The position numbers and the translations under genes are program-made. A stretch of 64,000 nucleotides of DNA from an uncultured bacterium. GTDB lineage: Bacteria > Actinomycetota > Thermoleophilia > Solirubrobacterales > 70-9. Shown here piece after piece: positions 29,801 through 37,805 of this stretch (within the stretch, counting starts at the first letter, position 1; each line of letters begins with the position of its first letter). The stretch lies in contig CAVOME010000008.1 in assembly GCA_963696945.1 (NCBI GenBank), positions 69,767-133,766 on the forward strand, given 5' to 3'. The notes beneath the pieces were generated by a model. That model was given only the letters and a program-made list of their open reading frames with translations, was not told the DNA's origin and did no database searches.

Positions 29801-30631
29801 ATGGCGCGCTCGATGATCGATCTGCAGGCGCACTCGACCGTATCGGATGGGCAGCTGGAGCCGTCGCAGGTCGCCAGAGCGGCAGCCGAGGCGGGAGTCG
29901 GCGTGATGTCGCTGACCGACCACGACGCGGTCGCGGGCGTCGAAGCCGCGGTGGCTGAGGCGGCCGCGGCGGGGATCGAGTGCGTCCCCGCCGTCGAGAT
30001 GTCCTGCGTCCACGCCTACTCGGACGATCTCCACGTGCTCGGCTACTGGGTCGACCTTGACCGGATCGCTCCCGCCTGCGAGCGGGCCCAGGCCGAGCGA
30101 GTCAGCCGCGCCCGCCAGATCATCGAGCGGCTGAACGCGCTCGGCGTCGAGGTCACCTTCGAGGGGGCGCTCGCGGAGGCAGGCGCCGCGGACTCGATCG
30201 GCCGCCCGCACATCGCGCGCGCCGCGGGCGCGGGCCCCGATCTCGGTCCCTTCTTCGAGGAGTATCTGGTGCCCGGTGCGAAGGCGTTCATCGCGCGCGC
30301 CTGGCCGAGCGCCGAGGAGGCCGTCGACCTGATCCACGACGCGGGCGGGGCCGCCGTCGTCGCCCATCCATACTGGGACGTGTCCGAGCCGGAGCAGGTC
30401 CGCGACCTGGTCACGAGCCTGCGGCGCGATGCCGGCCTGGAGGGGATCGAGACCTTCTATCCCTCCCACACCCGAGAGCAGACTGCGCACTGCCTCGAGC
30501 TCTGCGACGAGCTCGACCTGGCTCCCACCGCGTCCTCGGACTTCCACGGGCCAACCCACAAGACGTTCGCCCGCTTCGGGGCCTACGACACCTACGGGCT
30601 CGGCGAGCCCCGGGTGCCGGCCAGGCCCTAG
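29801..30631 (+). CDS. PHP-domain metal-dependent phosphoesterase (TrpH/YciV-like; candidate 3',5'-bisphosphate nucleotidase).
   Basis: An intact 276-aa ORF reads MIDLQAHSTVSDGQL..MSLTDHDAVAG..VPAVEMSC..GGAAVVAHPYW..SSDFHGP. The first metal motif reads DLQAHS rather than the usual DLHxHS. Confidence 0.75.
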   Translation: MARSMIDLQAHSTVSDGQLEPSQVARAAAEAGVGVMSLTDHDAVAGVEAAVAEAAAAGIECVPAVEMSCVHAYSDDLHVLGYWVDLDRIAPACERAQAERVSRARQIIERLNALGVEVTFEGALAEAGAADSIGRPHIARAAGAGPDLGPFFEEYLVPGAKAFIARAWPSAEEAVDLIHDAGGAAVVAHPYWDVSEPEQVRDLVTSLRRDAGLEGIETFYPSHTREQTAHCLELCDELDLAPTASSDFHGPTHKTFARFGAYDTYGLGEPRVPARP

Positions 30632-30757
30632 TCGCCCGCCTCCGCCGCTCGGGCGTCGGTGGACCCGCCGGCAGCGGCCCCTTCGCCCGGGTTTCACGGC
30701 GCTTTCATCGCCCCTTCGTACGGTCGCCGAAATCGCCGACTCGAAGGAGAAACCGTC

Positions 30758-31540
30758 ATGAACGCAGACCGAAAGCCAATCCGGAGCAAGCGGACCCTGG
30801 CGCTCGCAGGGGCCACTCTCGCCTTCGCGACAGCGCTTGCGTGGGGCCCAACCGGCGCCGCCGCGGGCGTCCAGGCGCCGAAGCCGATCAAGTCGGGAGC
30901 GGGGCCCGGGTGGCCCGAGACCCTCCAGCCGAGCGACTTCGTCGCCCGCGTGGACAACCGATTCTTCCCGCTCGAGCCGGGCAGCAGGTATCGCTACCGC
31001 GGCGCCAAGGAGGGCAAGCAGATGATCGACAAGCTCCACGTGACCCACAGGACCAAGACGATCCTCGGCGTTCGGGCCACCGTCGTCCATGACGTGATCC
31101 TGATCCACGGTAAGCCGAGGGAGGTCACCGATGACTGGTACGCCCAGGATCGCGACGGCAACGTCTGGTACTTCGGCGAGCGAACGAAGGAGCTCGACCC
31201 GCACGGCAACGTGACCAGCCGAGAGGGCTCGTTCAAGGCTGGGGTGGACGGGGCGCGTGCCGGCCTCTTCTTCCCGGGGCACCCGCGCGTGGGGCAGTCC
31301 GGCAGACAGGAGTTCTATCGCGGCCACGCCGAGGACCATTTCAAGATCCTCGACCGCAACGCCCCCGTTTCCGTGCCGTACGTGTCGACGCGTCACGCGA
31401 TCCGAACCAAGGAATGGACGCCCCTCGAGCCCGGCGTCCTCGATAACAAGTACTACGTCGCGGGAGTGGGGACGGTCCGTGAGGCCGCCGTCAAGGGTCC
31501 GCAGGAGCGGCTGCGCCTGGTCTCCTTTCACCGCGGCTGA
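30758..31540 (+). CDS. Secreted hypothetical protein.
   Basis: An AAGGAG RBS lies 7 nt before ATG 30758. The signal peptide is MNADRKPIRSKRTLALAGATLAFATALAWG. The ORF is intact and has no motif I recognise (..DDWYAQDRDGNVWYFGE..). Confidence 0.55.
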   Translation: MNADRKPIRSKRTLALAGATLAFATALAWGPTGAAAGVQAPKPIKSGAGPGWPETLQPSDFVARVDNRFFPLEPGSRYRYRGAKEGKQMIDKLHVTHRTKTILGVRATVVHDVILIHGKPREVTDDWYAQDRDGNVWYFGERTKELDPHGNVTSREGSFKAGVDGARAGLFFPGHPRVGQSGRQEFYRGHAEDHFKILDRNAPVSVPYVSTRHAIRTKEWTPLEPGVLDNKYYVAGVGTVREAAVKGPQERLRLVSFHRG

Positions 31541-31590
31541 CGGCGCCCAAAGCGCCCGCGCCGCCTCGAGGGCGGTGCGGGCGTCGCCGC

Positions 31591-32136
31591 CTATGAGCCC
31601 GACGGGATCAGGCCCTCGCCCTCGAGGTAGGCGAGGATTTGCTTCGCTGACTCCTCGGGGCTCTGGGCCTCCGTATCGATAACCAGCTCGGCGTTCTCGG
31701 GGGGCTCGTAGGGGTCGGACACCCCCGTGAACTCCTTGATCTCGCCTGACCTCGCCTTCGCGTAGAGGCCCTTGACGTCACGTCGCTCGCACTCCTCGAC
31801 CGAGGCCTTCACGTAGGCCTCGATGAACCGGCCGTCCATCTTCACTCGCGCTTCGTCGCGCAGCTCGCGATAGGGAGAAATCGCAGCCGTGATCACCGGG
31901 ACGCCGTTTCGTGAAAGCAGGTCGGCGACGAATGCCACTCGGCGGATGTTGGTGTCGCGGTCCTCCTTGGAGAACCCGAGGCCCTTGGAGAGGTTCTGGC
32001 GAACGATGTCGCCGTCCAGAACCTCAAGCTTCGAATCGCGGGCGCGCAGCTCCTTGACCAGCACGTTGGTGATCGTCGTCTTGCCGGATCCGGAAAGTCC
32101 CGTGAACCAAAGACAGAAACCCTTCTCAGCTGCCAT
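31591..32136 (-). CDS. cysC: Adenylylsulfate (APS) kinase.
   Basis: GFCLWFTGLSGSGKTTITNVL..FSKEDRDTNIRRVAFVADLLSRNGVPVITAAISPYR. The gene overlaps the sat stop by 11 nt. Confidence 0.95.
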   Translation of the reverse strand: MAAEKGFCLWFTGLSGSGKTTITNVLVKELRARDSKLEVLDGDIVRQNLSKGLGFSKEDRDTNIRRVAFVADLLSRNGVPVITAAISPYRELRDEARVKMDGRFIEAYVKASVEECERRDVKGLYAKARSGEIKEFTGVSDPYEPPENAELVIDTEAQSPEESAKQILAYLEGEGLIPSGS

Positions 32137-33220
32137 CGGTTGCCGACTCCTTTCTGTATGCGTCGATCAGGATGTCCGCAACCTCTTCCCTCGTGAACTC
32201 GTGTGGCGGGGTCTCACCGCGGGCGAGCATCTCCCGCACCTTCGTCCCCGACAGGAACAGATGTGACTCGGCCGGATGGGGGCACGTCTTGTCGGACGCC
32301 ATGCCCTCGCATTCATTGCACCAGTAGGTGTGTTCGAAGAACAGCGGTTCGATCCCGAGCTCCTCGACGTCGATGTCGTCGAAGATCCGCTGCGCGTCGT
32401 AGGTCCCGTAGTAGTCGCCGACGCCGGCGTGGTCGCGGCCGACGATGAAGTGGGTGCAGCCGTAGTTTCGGCGGATGATCGCGTGGAGCACCGCTTCGCG
32501 CGGGCCCGCGTAGTGCATCTTTGCCGGGTTGACACCAAGGATCACGCGGTCGGGCGCGTAGTACTTCTCCATCAGCACCTCGTAGCAGCGCATCCGCACG
32601 TCGGCCGGGATGTCGCCCTCCTTGGTCTCGCCGACCAGGGGGTGCAGGAAGAGCCCGTCGGATACCTCGAGCGCCGCCTTGGTCAGGTACTCGTGGGCGC
32701 GGTGGATCGGGTTGCGGGTCTGGAAGGCGACGATCCGCTTCCAACCCCGATCGGCAAACGCCTTCCTCGACTCCTCCGGGCTCAGGTAGCGGTCGATGAA
32801 CGCCTCCTGATGGTCGGGCAGCGCGACGGATTCGATCGGACCGGCGATACATCGCGAGCCCTCGCGGCGGATCGCGGCGACCCCCGGATGCTCGTCGTCA
32901 GTGGTCCGGTAGACCTGCTCGGCCTCCGTGTCGAGGTCACGCTCGAAGACCTCGCTCACCTTGAGGCGCCCGAGGACCTTGCCGTTCGGCGCGCTCAGCT
33001 CCACGACGTCGCCCGCGGAGGCTTCGAGGTCTGTCGCGAGGGTGATCGGGATCGGCCAGATCTGGCCGTCCTCGAGCCTCATCCGCTCGCAGACAGAGCG
33101 CCAGTCGGCGGAGCCCATGAAACCGTCGAGCGGGGCGAAGCCACCGTTGGCGAGCAGCTCTACGTCCGAGGCCTGGCGCGCGGTGAGCGTCAGCGCCAGG
33201 GCCGTCTCGGAGCTACCCAT
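32126..33220 (-). CDS. sat: Sulfate adenylyltransferase (ATP sulfurylase, single-subunit Sat type).
   Basis: VAFQTRNPIHRAHEYLTKAAL and CTHFIVGRDHAGVGDYYG. The ORF is intact at 364 aa. Confidence 0.95.
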   Translation of the reverse strand: MGSSETALALTLTARQASDVELLANGGFAPLDGFMGSADWRSVCERMRLEDGQIWPIPITLATDLEASAGDVVELSAPNGKVLGRLKVSEVFERDLDTEAEQVYRTTDDEHPGVAAIRREGSRCIAGPIESVALPDHQEAFIDRYLSPEESRKAFADRGWKRIVAFQTRNPIHRAHEYLTKAALEVSDGLFLHPLVGETKEGDIPADVRMRCYEVLMEKYYAPDRVILGVNPAKMHYAGPREAVLHAIIRRNYGCTHFIVGRDHAGVGDYYGTYDAQRIFDDIDVEELGIEPLFFEHTYWCNECEGMASDKTCPHPAESHLFLSGTKVREMLARGETPPHEFTREEVADILIDAYRKESATDGS

Positions 33221-34034
33221 TTATTCCGCACTCGGATCGGTTGGTGCCGGCCCATCGGCCGGAGCGGGCGTCCTCGCCCTCGCCGGGCTTGGAGGTGCAG
33301 GGCATGCATCCGATCGACGGATAGCCCTGGTCATGAAGGGGGTTGTACGGCACGTGGTGCTCCTTGATGTGGTTCCACACTCGTTTGTCGTCCCAGTCGG
33401 CCAGCGGATTCAGCTTCCAGAGCCCGAACCGCTTGTCCCACCCGACCTTCGGTGCTTGCGCCCGTGTTTCAGAGTCGACCCTGCGGATTCCGGAGACCCA
33501 GCACTCGGCGCCGTCCAGTGCCTCGCGCATCGCCTCCACCTTGCGGATCCCGCAGCAGGCGTCCGGATCGCGGCGCCAGAGATTAGCGCCATGGCGCTCG
33601 GCCTGCTCGCCAAGCGAGATGCCGGCGTAGCGGTCGAACTCGATCCCGTAGTGACGCGCGAGCTCGTCGCGAGTCTCGTACGTCTCCGGGAACAGGAGCT
33701 CGGTGTCCAGGTAGAAGAAGCTCGCCGCCGGCTCGATCCGATGGGCGATGTCGAGCACAACCGAGCTCGTCTTCTGGAACGAGACGGCGAATCGAAGCTG
33801 GGGGTGGAAGGTCTCGATCGCCCAGCCGATCGCCTCGTCGGCGTCCATCGCCTCGACCTGGGCTGCGATCTCCGTTGGGTCCACCACCTGGCCGTTGATC
33901 GTAGGGAGCTTCTTCGGACGACCGTTCCCGTTTCCGTTGCCGTTCTGGGGCGGGTCGTCGCCCTCGTGAAGGGGCCGGGGACGCTCGATCGGAAGCTGTG
34001 TGATGGCGAGCTGGGAGTCCATCAGACGGCGCAC
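33213..34034 (-). CDS. cysH: Adenylylsulfate/phosphoadenylylsulfate reductase, iron-sulfur (APS reductase) type.
   Basis: The diagnostic motifs are DACCGIRKVEAM, SIGCMPCT and the C-terminal ECGING. An alternative start is ATG 34022, which overlaps the sir TGA. Confidence 0.9.
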   Translation of the reverse strand: MRRLMDSQLAITQLPIERPRPLHEGDDPPQNGNGNGNGRPKKLPTINGQVVDPTEIAAQVEAMDADEAIGWAIETFHPQLRFAVSFQKTSSVVLDIAHRIEPAASFFYLDTELLFPETYETRDELARHYGIEFDRYAGISLGEQAERHGANLWRRDPDACCGIRKVEAMREALDGAECWVSGIRRVDSETRAQAPKVGWDKRFGLWKLNPLADWDDKRVWNHIKEHHVPYNPLHDQGYPSIGCMPCTSKPGEGEDARSGRWAGTNRSECGING

Positions 34035-35905
34035 TCACCCTCGCCGCGCTCGACCTTGTAGGGGTCCGACCGGCTCCAGTCGATGAACTGGTTGAGGGTC
34101 TCGAGGCCGAACTCGACCGGCATCGCGAGATCCTTGACCTTCGCCTCGAACGGATCGGTGCCGACCCGCTCGACGAAGGCGTTGAACTCCTCGCCGTCTT
34201 CGCGGCCCTCCTCGTAGAAGCGGACCCAGCGCTCGACCGCGTCGGGAACCCGCTTGGCCGGGAGCCGCGCCTTCAGCCTGTGTCCATAGACGATCTCGCC
34301 GCTTTCGTAGTGGCCGCCAAGGTGGGCGATGTAGGCGGGGATCGCGCGGCCACCCACCTTGATCGAGGCGCCGTAGAAGCCGATGTTGGCGATGTGGTGC
34401 TGCGAGCACCCGTTCGGGCAGCCGCTCATCTTGATGTGGATCTTCCTGGTCAGGGGGTCGCTGATCCCCATCCCCTCGATGCGCTCCTGAACCGCCTTGT
34501 TGAGCCCCATCGAGCTGGTGATGCCGAGCTTGCAGCTGTCGGTGCCGGGGCAGCTCACCACGTCGGTGATCTCGCGGGGACCGGCGTCGCCGAGGCCCAG
34601 CTCGCGGAGTCGCTGCCACACGTCGTAGACGGACTCGTCGCGGACCCAGCGCAGAACGAAGTTCTGCTGCACCGAGGTTCGGGCATAGCCGCCTGTGTGC
34701 TCGCGCATGATCTGGGCGAGGCCGCGGAGCTGCTCGGGTGTCAGATCGCCACGGGTGACCTTGACCTCGACGGCGCTGAACCCCGGCTGGCGCTGGGCAC
34801 GCACGTTCGCCTGGCTGAATCGGTCGAACTCGGAGTGGTCGCCGTTCGGGCTGCCATGGGCGGGGGGCTGCGGCGGGGCCTGGGCCTCCTCGTCGTCGAT
34901 CAGCTTCAAGCGCTCGACGTCGAAGTCACGCTCGGCGACCCAGTCGCCCTGGAGCTCCTCATCGACCATCTCTCGGAAGGCGTCGATTCCGACCTTGTCG
35001 ACCAGCACCTTGATCCGGGCCCGGGCGCGGTTGACGCGCAGCCATTCCTGGCGGTCGAAGATGCGCCAGCAGGCCTCCGAGATCTTCAGGTAGTCGCCGT
35101 TGTCGAGCTCGGCGAACTCGTAGAGGGTGGGGGCGATCCTCGGCATGATCGAGGTGCCGCCGCCGACCCGGATCTCGACCCCGCGAACACCGTCGCGGAG
35201 CTTCGGGATGAAGCCGATGTCGTGAATGCCGGTCATCGCCACGTCCTCGTCGGTGGCCGTGAAGGCGGTCTTGACCTTTCGCGGCATCAGCTGGGTGGTC
35301 GGGTGGCGGACGAAGTAGCGCACGTAGGCCATTGCGTAGGGGGTGATGTCGAAGTGCTCGCCCTCGGTGATCCCGGCCCAGGGGTCGCCGGTCACGTTGC
35401 GGATCGTGTTTCCGCAGCCCTCACGCGATGAAAGCCCTGCGTCGCTGATCAGCCGGATGAACTTCGCGGCGTCTGGGAGCGGGATGTGATGGATCTGGAT
35501 GTTCTCGCGGGTCGTTATGTGGCCGCGGCGAAGGGGCGCCCAGCGCTCGATCGCCTCGGCGAAGGCGTCCATCTGCTCGGGGGTGACGCCGCCGAGTGGG
35601 AGCTTGACGCGGATCATCTGGACGTCCGGCTGGCGCTGTCCGTAGACGCCCTGCTTGAGCCGGAAGCCGATGAACTGGTCCTCGGCGGTCTCCCCGCGCA
35701 TGAACTTGCCCGCCTCGGTATCGAAATCATCGAACTCGCGCTCGAGGATCGGAATCACATGGCCGGGGACGTTCTCGTAGGACTCAGGGTTCTCGAGCGA
35801 GCCGACCTTGCCCTTTCCGGCCTGGTCCGTCTTGCTCACCTCGAGCTTGTGCTCCGCCGCGACCTTCGCCGCCGCGGAGCGGGAATCGACCGCCGTTGGC
35901 TCCAT
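34022..35905 (-). CDS. sir: Ferredoxin-dependent (NirA/SirA-type) sulfite reductase.
   Basis: MEPTAVDSRS..LSSREGCGNTIRNVTG..VVSCPGTDSCKLGITSS..KMSGCPNGCSQHHIANIGF. ATG 35905 is preferred; the ORF-track extension to 36190 covers noncoding repeat sequence. Confidence 0.9.
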   Translation of the reverse strand: MEPTAVDSRSAAAKVAAEHKLEVSKTDQAGKGKVGSLENPESYENVPGHVIPILEREFDDFDTEAGKFMRGETAEDQFIGFRLKQGVYGQRQPDVQMIRVKLPLGGVTPEQMDAFAEAIERWAPLRRGHITTRENIQIHHIPLPDAAKFIRLISDAGLSSREGCGNTIRNVTGDPWAGITEGEHFDITPYAMAYVRYFVRHPTTQLMPRKVKTAFTATDEDVAMTGIHDIGFIPKLRDGVRGVEIRVGGGTSIMPRIAPTLYEFAELDNGDYLKISEACWRIFDRQEWLRVNRARARIKVLVDKVGIDAFREMVDEELQGDWVAERDFDVERLKLIDDEEAQAPPQPPAHGSPNGDHSEFDRFSQANVRAQRQPGFSAVEVKVTRGDLTPEQLRGLAQIMREHTGGYARTSVQQNFVLRWVRDESVYDVWQRLRELGLGDAGPREITDVVSCPGTDSCKLGITSSMGLNKAVQERIEGMGISDPLTRKIHIKMSGCPNGCSQHHIANIGFYGASIKVGGRAIPAYIAHLGGHYESGEIVYGHRLKARLPAKRVPDAVERWVRFYEEGREDGEEFNAFVERVGTDPFEAKVKDLAMPVEFGLETLNQFIDWSRSDPYKVERGEGECAV

Positions 35906-35913
35906 GCGACGGG

Positions 35914-35919
35914 ATATTA
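35914..35919 (-). promoter_or_regulatory. -10-like TAATAT box 8 nt upstream of the sir ATG, suggesting a leaderless or near-leaderless transcript.
   Basis: The minus strand reads ..tttgtgTAATATcccgtcgcATGgag. No Shine-Dalgarno sequence lies between the box and the ATG. Confidence 0.3.
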
Positions 35920-36186
35920 CACAAATCCCGACCGGGTTTAGGGCATTTCCCCCGGCAAGGCCGCCCTCAGGGCTGATCCGGGAAGCTCGGGACCTATTTC
36001 GGGCGCCATCCCGAATCGCCGACATCCGAGCCCTTGTCGGTCGTTCGCGACGGTGGTGGTCGAGGGCCCGGTATGAGTGCCCGTTGGCCGGCGCCATCGG
36101 CCCGTCGGAGATAGCGACGTAGTCGCCGGGTCGGGCGCGGGCCGTCACGGGCAGGGCTGGGTAGGGGAGCCCATTGGCCCGCGAAA

Positions 36187-36305
36187 CCACCCGTCGGAGC
36201 CAGCGACGAAGTCGCGGTCATGGCGCCTACGTCCTGCCGCCCCGTAACGCGCCCGAGCCCGACGACACCGGAGCCGGAGGCGAGGATGTCGTCGGAGTTA
36301 TCTCA
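36187..36305 (-). repeat. R1 repeat, copy B, starting at the dodecin stop codon.
   Basis: The minus strand reads TGAGATAACTCCGACGACATCC..TGTCGTCGGGCTCGGGC..GGCGGCAGG..ACCGCGACTTCGTCGCTGGCTCCGACGGGTGG. It has the same block order as copies A and A'. Confidence 0.75.
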
Positions 36306-36512
36306 GTCGATCTCGGTGCCCTCGATCAGGAACGCGACCCGGACGTGGGCGCGGTACTCGTCGAGGTTCTCGCCGCGGATCCCGGTGCTGACGATGTCCA
36401 CGGCGCGGATGTTCCGAAGCGAGCTCTGGGCGTGCTTCAGCGCCTGCATCGCCGCGTCGTCGCTGGACGTCTTCGAGCTTCCGACGAGCTCGATGATCTT
36501 CACTACGGCCAC
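36303..36512 (-). CDS. Dodecin-family flavin-binding protein.
   Basis: VAVVKIIELVGSSKTSSDDAAMQALKHAQSSLRNIRAVDIVSTGIRGENLDEYRAHVRVAFLIEGTEID. A GAGGAGGAG RBS precedes GTG 36512. Confidence 0.8.
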   Translation of the reverse strand: MAVVKIIELVGSSKTSSDDAAMQALKHAQSSLRNIRAVDIVSTGIRGENLDEYRAHVRVAFLIEGTEID

Positions 36513-36556
36513 TGTCTCCTCCTCTTGCTCTGTTGAACGAGTACGTCGTGGATGTT

Positions 36557-36787
36557 CTACTCCGAATGCGCTGACGGGGCGAGGCCCTCCGAGCGGGACA
36601 CCCCCTCCCGAAGCGCGGCACGCTGCCACGGGCTCTGCTCGGGGCCACGCCGCGGGGCCGCGGGGGCCGTATCGGCGAAGAACCGCTCGAGCGCCGCGAC
36701 GATTGCGGCGGCCTCGGTCTCGGACGCGGGCTTGGTGAGCAGCTCTATCCGCGACGTGGGCGGTCGGCGCTCGCCGTTGCGTGCCAT
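36557..36787 (-). CDS. Small hypothetical protein, possibly acyl-CoA carboxylase epsilon-subunit-like.
   Basis: MARNGERRPPTSRIELLTKPASETEAAAIVAALERFFADTAPAAPRRGPEQSPWQRAALREG. Third-position GC is high. The resemblance to AccE/PccE is by pattern only (E-rich, AAIVAAL, then a Pro/Arg tail with W). Confidence 0.35.
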   Translation of the reverse strand: MARNGERRPPTSRIELLTKPASETEAAAIVAALERFFADTAPAAPRRGPEQSPWQRAALREGVSRSEGLAPSAHSE

Positions 36788-36839
36788 GCGGCCACTCTAT
36801 CCCGCTCATCGGGGCCGGCGACGACTAATCTCGCTCGCC

Positions 36840-37787
36840 GTGGCGACGATCCCCGTCCTCGATGCGGATGCGGTGCTGGAGTCGGTCGGCGCCGCGGAGG
36901 CGATCGATCTCACCCAGCTGGCCTTCGAGCGCCACGCCGAGGGCGAGTGGGAGATGCCGGCCAAGGTCTACCTCGACTCGCCTCCGAACGGCGATTTCCG
37001 CGCGATGCCCGCGCGGGGCGAGGGCTTCGCACTACTCAAGTGGGTCACCTCGTTCCCGCGAAACGCCGAGCGCGGTCTGCCCGCGGTCACCGGGGCGCTG
37101 CTCCTTTCGAGCGCCGAGACCGGTCAGATGCTCGCCATCATGGATTGCGCGTCGGTGACTTCGCTGCGCACCGGCGCGGCGGCCGCCCTCTCGGCCCGGG
37201 TCCTCGCGCGCCAGGACGCGGCGTCGGTAGGAGTGATCGGCTGCGGTGTGAACGGCGCATGGGCCGCGCGCTGCATGGCCGCGGCCGGTTATGGCGCCGG
37301 GGTTTGCGCGGACCCGCGGGCCAAGATCGCCGCTGAACTGGCGGCCGAGCTCGGCTGGACCGTCGGCCCGCGTTCCGAGGCGGCCCGTCAGGACGTCGTC
37401 GTGACCGTCACGCCTGGAGCCGAGCCGGTGATCCTCGCCTCCGACCTGCGGCCCGGACAGCATCTCGCCCTGATCGGCGCCGACGGAGCGGGCAAGGCCG
37501 AGGTCGAGTCCGCCGTGCTGGAACGCTGCCGCCTCTTCTGTGACGAGTGGGCCCAGGCATCGACGGGAGGCGAGCTCTCCGCCGGCGTCGAGGCGGGCAC
37601 GGTGACCCGCGATCACGTGACCCAGCTCGGCGATGTCCTCTCCCGCCGCGCAGCCGGCCGCCGCACCGATCGCGACATCACCCTCTTCGACTCGACCGGT
37701 CTCGCGATCCAGGACCTCGCGATCGCGATCGCCGTCTACGACGCTTGGCGTGAGGGAGCTGTCGAGGCCACCACGGTGGAGCTGTAG
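36840..37787 (+). CDS. Ornithine cyclodeaminase / mu-crystallin family protein.
   Basis: VATIPVLDADAV..GDFRAMPARGEGFALLKWVTSFPRN..VGVIGCGVNGAWAARCM..ALIGADGAGKAE..TLFDSTGLAIQDLA. The ORF is intact. Confidence 0.85.
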   Translation: MATIPVLDADAVLESVGAAEAIDLTQLAFERHAEGEWEMPAKVYLDSPPNGDFRAMPARGEGFALLKWVTSFPRNAERGLPAVTGALLLSSAETGQMLAIMDCASVTSLRTGAAAALSARVLARQDAASVGVIGCGVNGAWAARCMAAAGYGAGVCADPRAKIAAELAAELGWTVGPRSEAARQDVVVTVTPGAEPVILASDLRPGQHLALIGADGAGKAEVESAVLERCRLFCDEWAQASTGGELSAGVEAGTVTRDHVTQLGDVLSRRAAGRRTDRDITLFDSTGLAIQDLAIAIAVYDAWREGAVEATTVEL

Positions 37788-37805
37788 CTGAAGCGAGAGC
37801 GGGCC

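Noticed and set aside
35906-36190. An N-terminal extension of the sulfite reductase ORF back to 36190, and the small ORFs crossing the same spacer (35994..36221 minus, 36174..36536 plus, 36220..36738 plus).
   Set aside because: The extension has no sulfite-reductase similarity and runs through the R1 repeat and its duplicated core. ATG 35905 with an upstream TAATAT box gives a normal N-terminus. The plus-strand ORFs are antisense to dodecin.
36290-36305. CTGAGA at the head of R1 copy B resembles the conserved CUGAGA of TPP riboswitches, and odhA is a TPP enzyme.
   Set aside because: The TGA is the dodecin stop codon. Copy A reads CTGAAT instead. None of the other TPP-riboswitch elements (pyrimidine-sensor helix, ACCUGAUCUGGAUAAUGCCAGCG-like arm) are present.
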